Of a stretch of DNA of 59,914 bases, positions 58,981 to 59,914 are shown one piece after another. Source of the DNA: Candidatus Omnitrophota bacterium (lineage in GTDB: Bacteria; Omnitrophota; Gorgyraeia; Gygaellales; Profunditerraquicolaceae). Positions within the stretch are counted from its first letter, which is position 1; the number at the start of each line of letters is the position of its first letter. The notes under the pieces were generated by a model. It saw only the letters and a list, made by a program, of their open reading frames with translations, was not told the DNA's origin and made no database searches. The position numbers and the translations under genes were made by a program. Where the stretch lies: positions 1 to 59,914 of the forward strand of contig JAZDFW010000038.1 of the NCBI GenBank assembly GCA_043807505.1, given 5' to 3'.

Positions 58981-59914
58981 TTATTGCAGTGTAACTAAGA
59001 CTGTAATTTTACCTTCCCCTTTTTCCAGAGGCTCCATGGCTTTACCCAAGACTGTGCCGATTTGTATTTTTCCAGGATCACCCTTCATGGCATAACCTGG
59101 CTTAGAAGAAGTAACTAACAAGTCGCCGCGGTTTATTGGGCCATTTTCCGTAGTTACTTTACAGAGAACACGGCCTGCTAAAGCAAGGGGAGTCTTTCCA
59201 TCCGGCATAGCGATATGGAAAGCTGGCGAAAGTGAAACAATACCAGCTACAGCTGAATCATACGGTTTCTTAGATTTTACTACACACTGGTTATTGCGCG
59301 CATCTATTATTACTACATCACTTGCTTCAACGTCTCCGCGAGAAGAAATATCTTCAGCGAGATCAAAACTGAACATCTGTTTCGTACCACCTCCTGGGAA
59401 ATTTGTAGATACCCTACCATACACAGCAAGTTGATCTGCTGCTCGAGGTGCTCCCCCGATGCCGACGCTGCCGCTTTCACCTAAATTCAACACATAACCC
59501 CCTGTGTCTGTACCAATTTGAACTATATCGTTGACGCTATCCCATCTAAGACCACCAAAATTACCGGCTACATCCGAATCACCTACTAAAAGCCTTGGAT
59601 TCCCGCCATTTCTCCATATATAAATATCCCCTCCGTTAACTTCTAATCTCGCATTTGGACTCGCCGTCCCGATGCCGACGTTGCCTGCATTCGCTCCAGC
59701 TCCCACGATGGTCATTCGTGTGGTGTTTCCTGCCCAGAATGCCAGGTCATGAGCCGTGAACGTGCCAAGGACCATCCTGTTTATGCCGCCAGATAAGCCC
59801 ACCTTAAACACGCCTTCCACGGGAACAATGGTGTTTGTGAGAGTCAAATCCGTAGTGGCGGCCCCGCTGGACAAATGAAGAATACTGGTTGGCACCGGCG
59901 TCCCGATGCCGACG
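58981..59914 (-). CDS. tail-fibre-like / surface repeat protein, C-terminal 311 codons; N-terminus lies beyond the right window edge
   Basis: The frame stays open to the window edge: upstream of the GTG used by the ORF track it reads VGIGTPVPTS. NVGIGTASPNARLEVNGG-type motifs are typical of phage tail-fibre/neck repeats. G+C is higher than in neighbouring genes. Confidence 0.6.
   Translation of the reverse strand, partial: VGIGTPVPTSILHLSSGAATTDLTLTNTIVPVEGVFKVGLSGGINRMVLGTFTAHDLAFWAGNTTRMTIVGAGANAGNVGIGTASPNARLEVNGGDIYIWRNGGNPRLLVGDSDVAGNFGGLRWDSVNDIVQIGTDTGGYVLNLGESGSVGIGGAPRAADQLAVYGRVSTNFPGGGTKQMFSFDLAEDISSRGDVEASDVVIIDARNNQCVVKSKKPYDSAVAGIVSLSPAFHIAMPDGKTPLALAGRVLCKVTTENGPINRGDLLVTSSKPGYAMKGDPGKIQIGTVLGKAMEPLEKGEGKITVLVTLQ

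Overview
This is a 59.9-kb low-GC bacterial chromosomal segment in which every credible gene lies on the minus strand. Almost all of it is core housekeeping. Reading along the minus strand, it starts with a partial tail-fibre-like repeat protein and a hicB/hicA-like pair, then recA-htrA-recX-alaS. Next come a his operon (hisD-B-H-A, a lipoprotein gene, hisF-I) with an appended trpE, then rpsP-yajC-secDF and mfd-surA-pdxA-rsmA. A roughly 30-kb uninterrupted ribosomal/transcription super-cluster follows: tRNA-Thr, rpmG, tRNA-Trp, secE-nusG-rplKAJL-rpoBC-rpsLG-fusA-tuf and the S10, spc and alpha operons through rplQ. The window ends with aspC, an aconitase-family large/small subunit pair split by pilT, then icd, mdh, lpd and lipB. 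Three small genes missing from the ORF track were recovered by hand: rpmG, rpmJ and the edge-truncated lipB. Two tRNAs were also found. I see no novel multi-protein system that I can support. The most unusual signal is non-coding: a family of GC-rich, modular, nested-hairpin elements bounded by TAA triplets. They sit directly on or next to stop codons at five or more loci (leuC/pilT, rplL/rpoB, hisA, hisD/hisB, and a solo arm after rplQ). Two copies, in opposite orientation, are nearly identical over about 100 nt, and one locus has an insertion site that can be reconstructed cleanly. A second, different 124-bp structured element sits between rpsM and rpsK. Other points of interest are a missing rpmD, basic tails on several ribosomal proteins, a compact Mfd, and a higher-GC accessory edge holding the toxin-antitoxin pair and the tail-fibre-like gene. 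Taxon cannot be assigned from the sequence alone.
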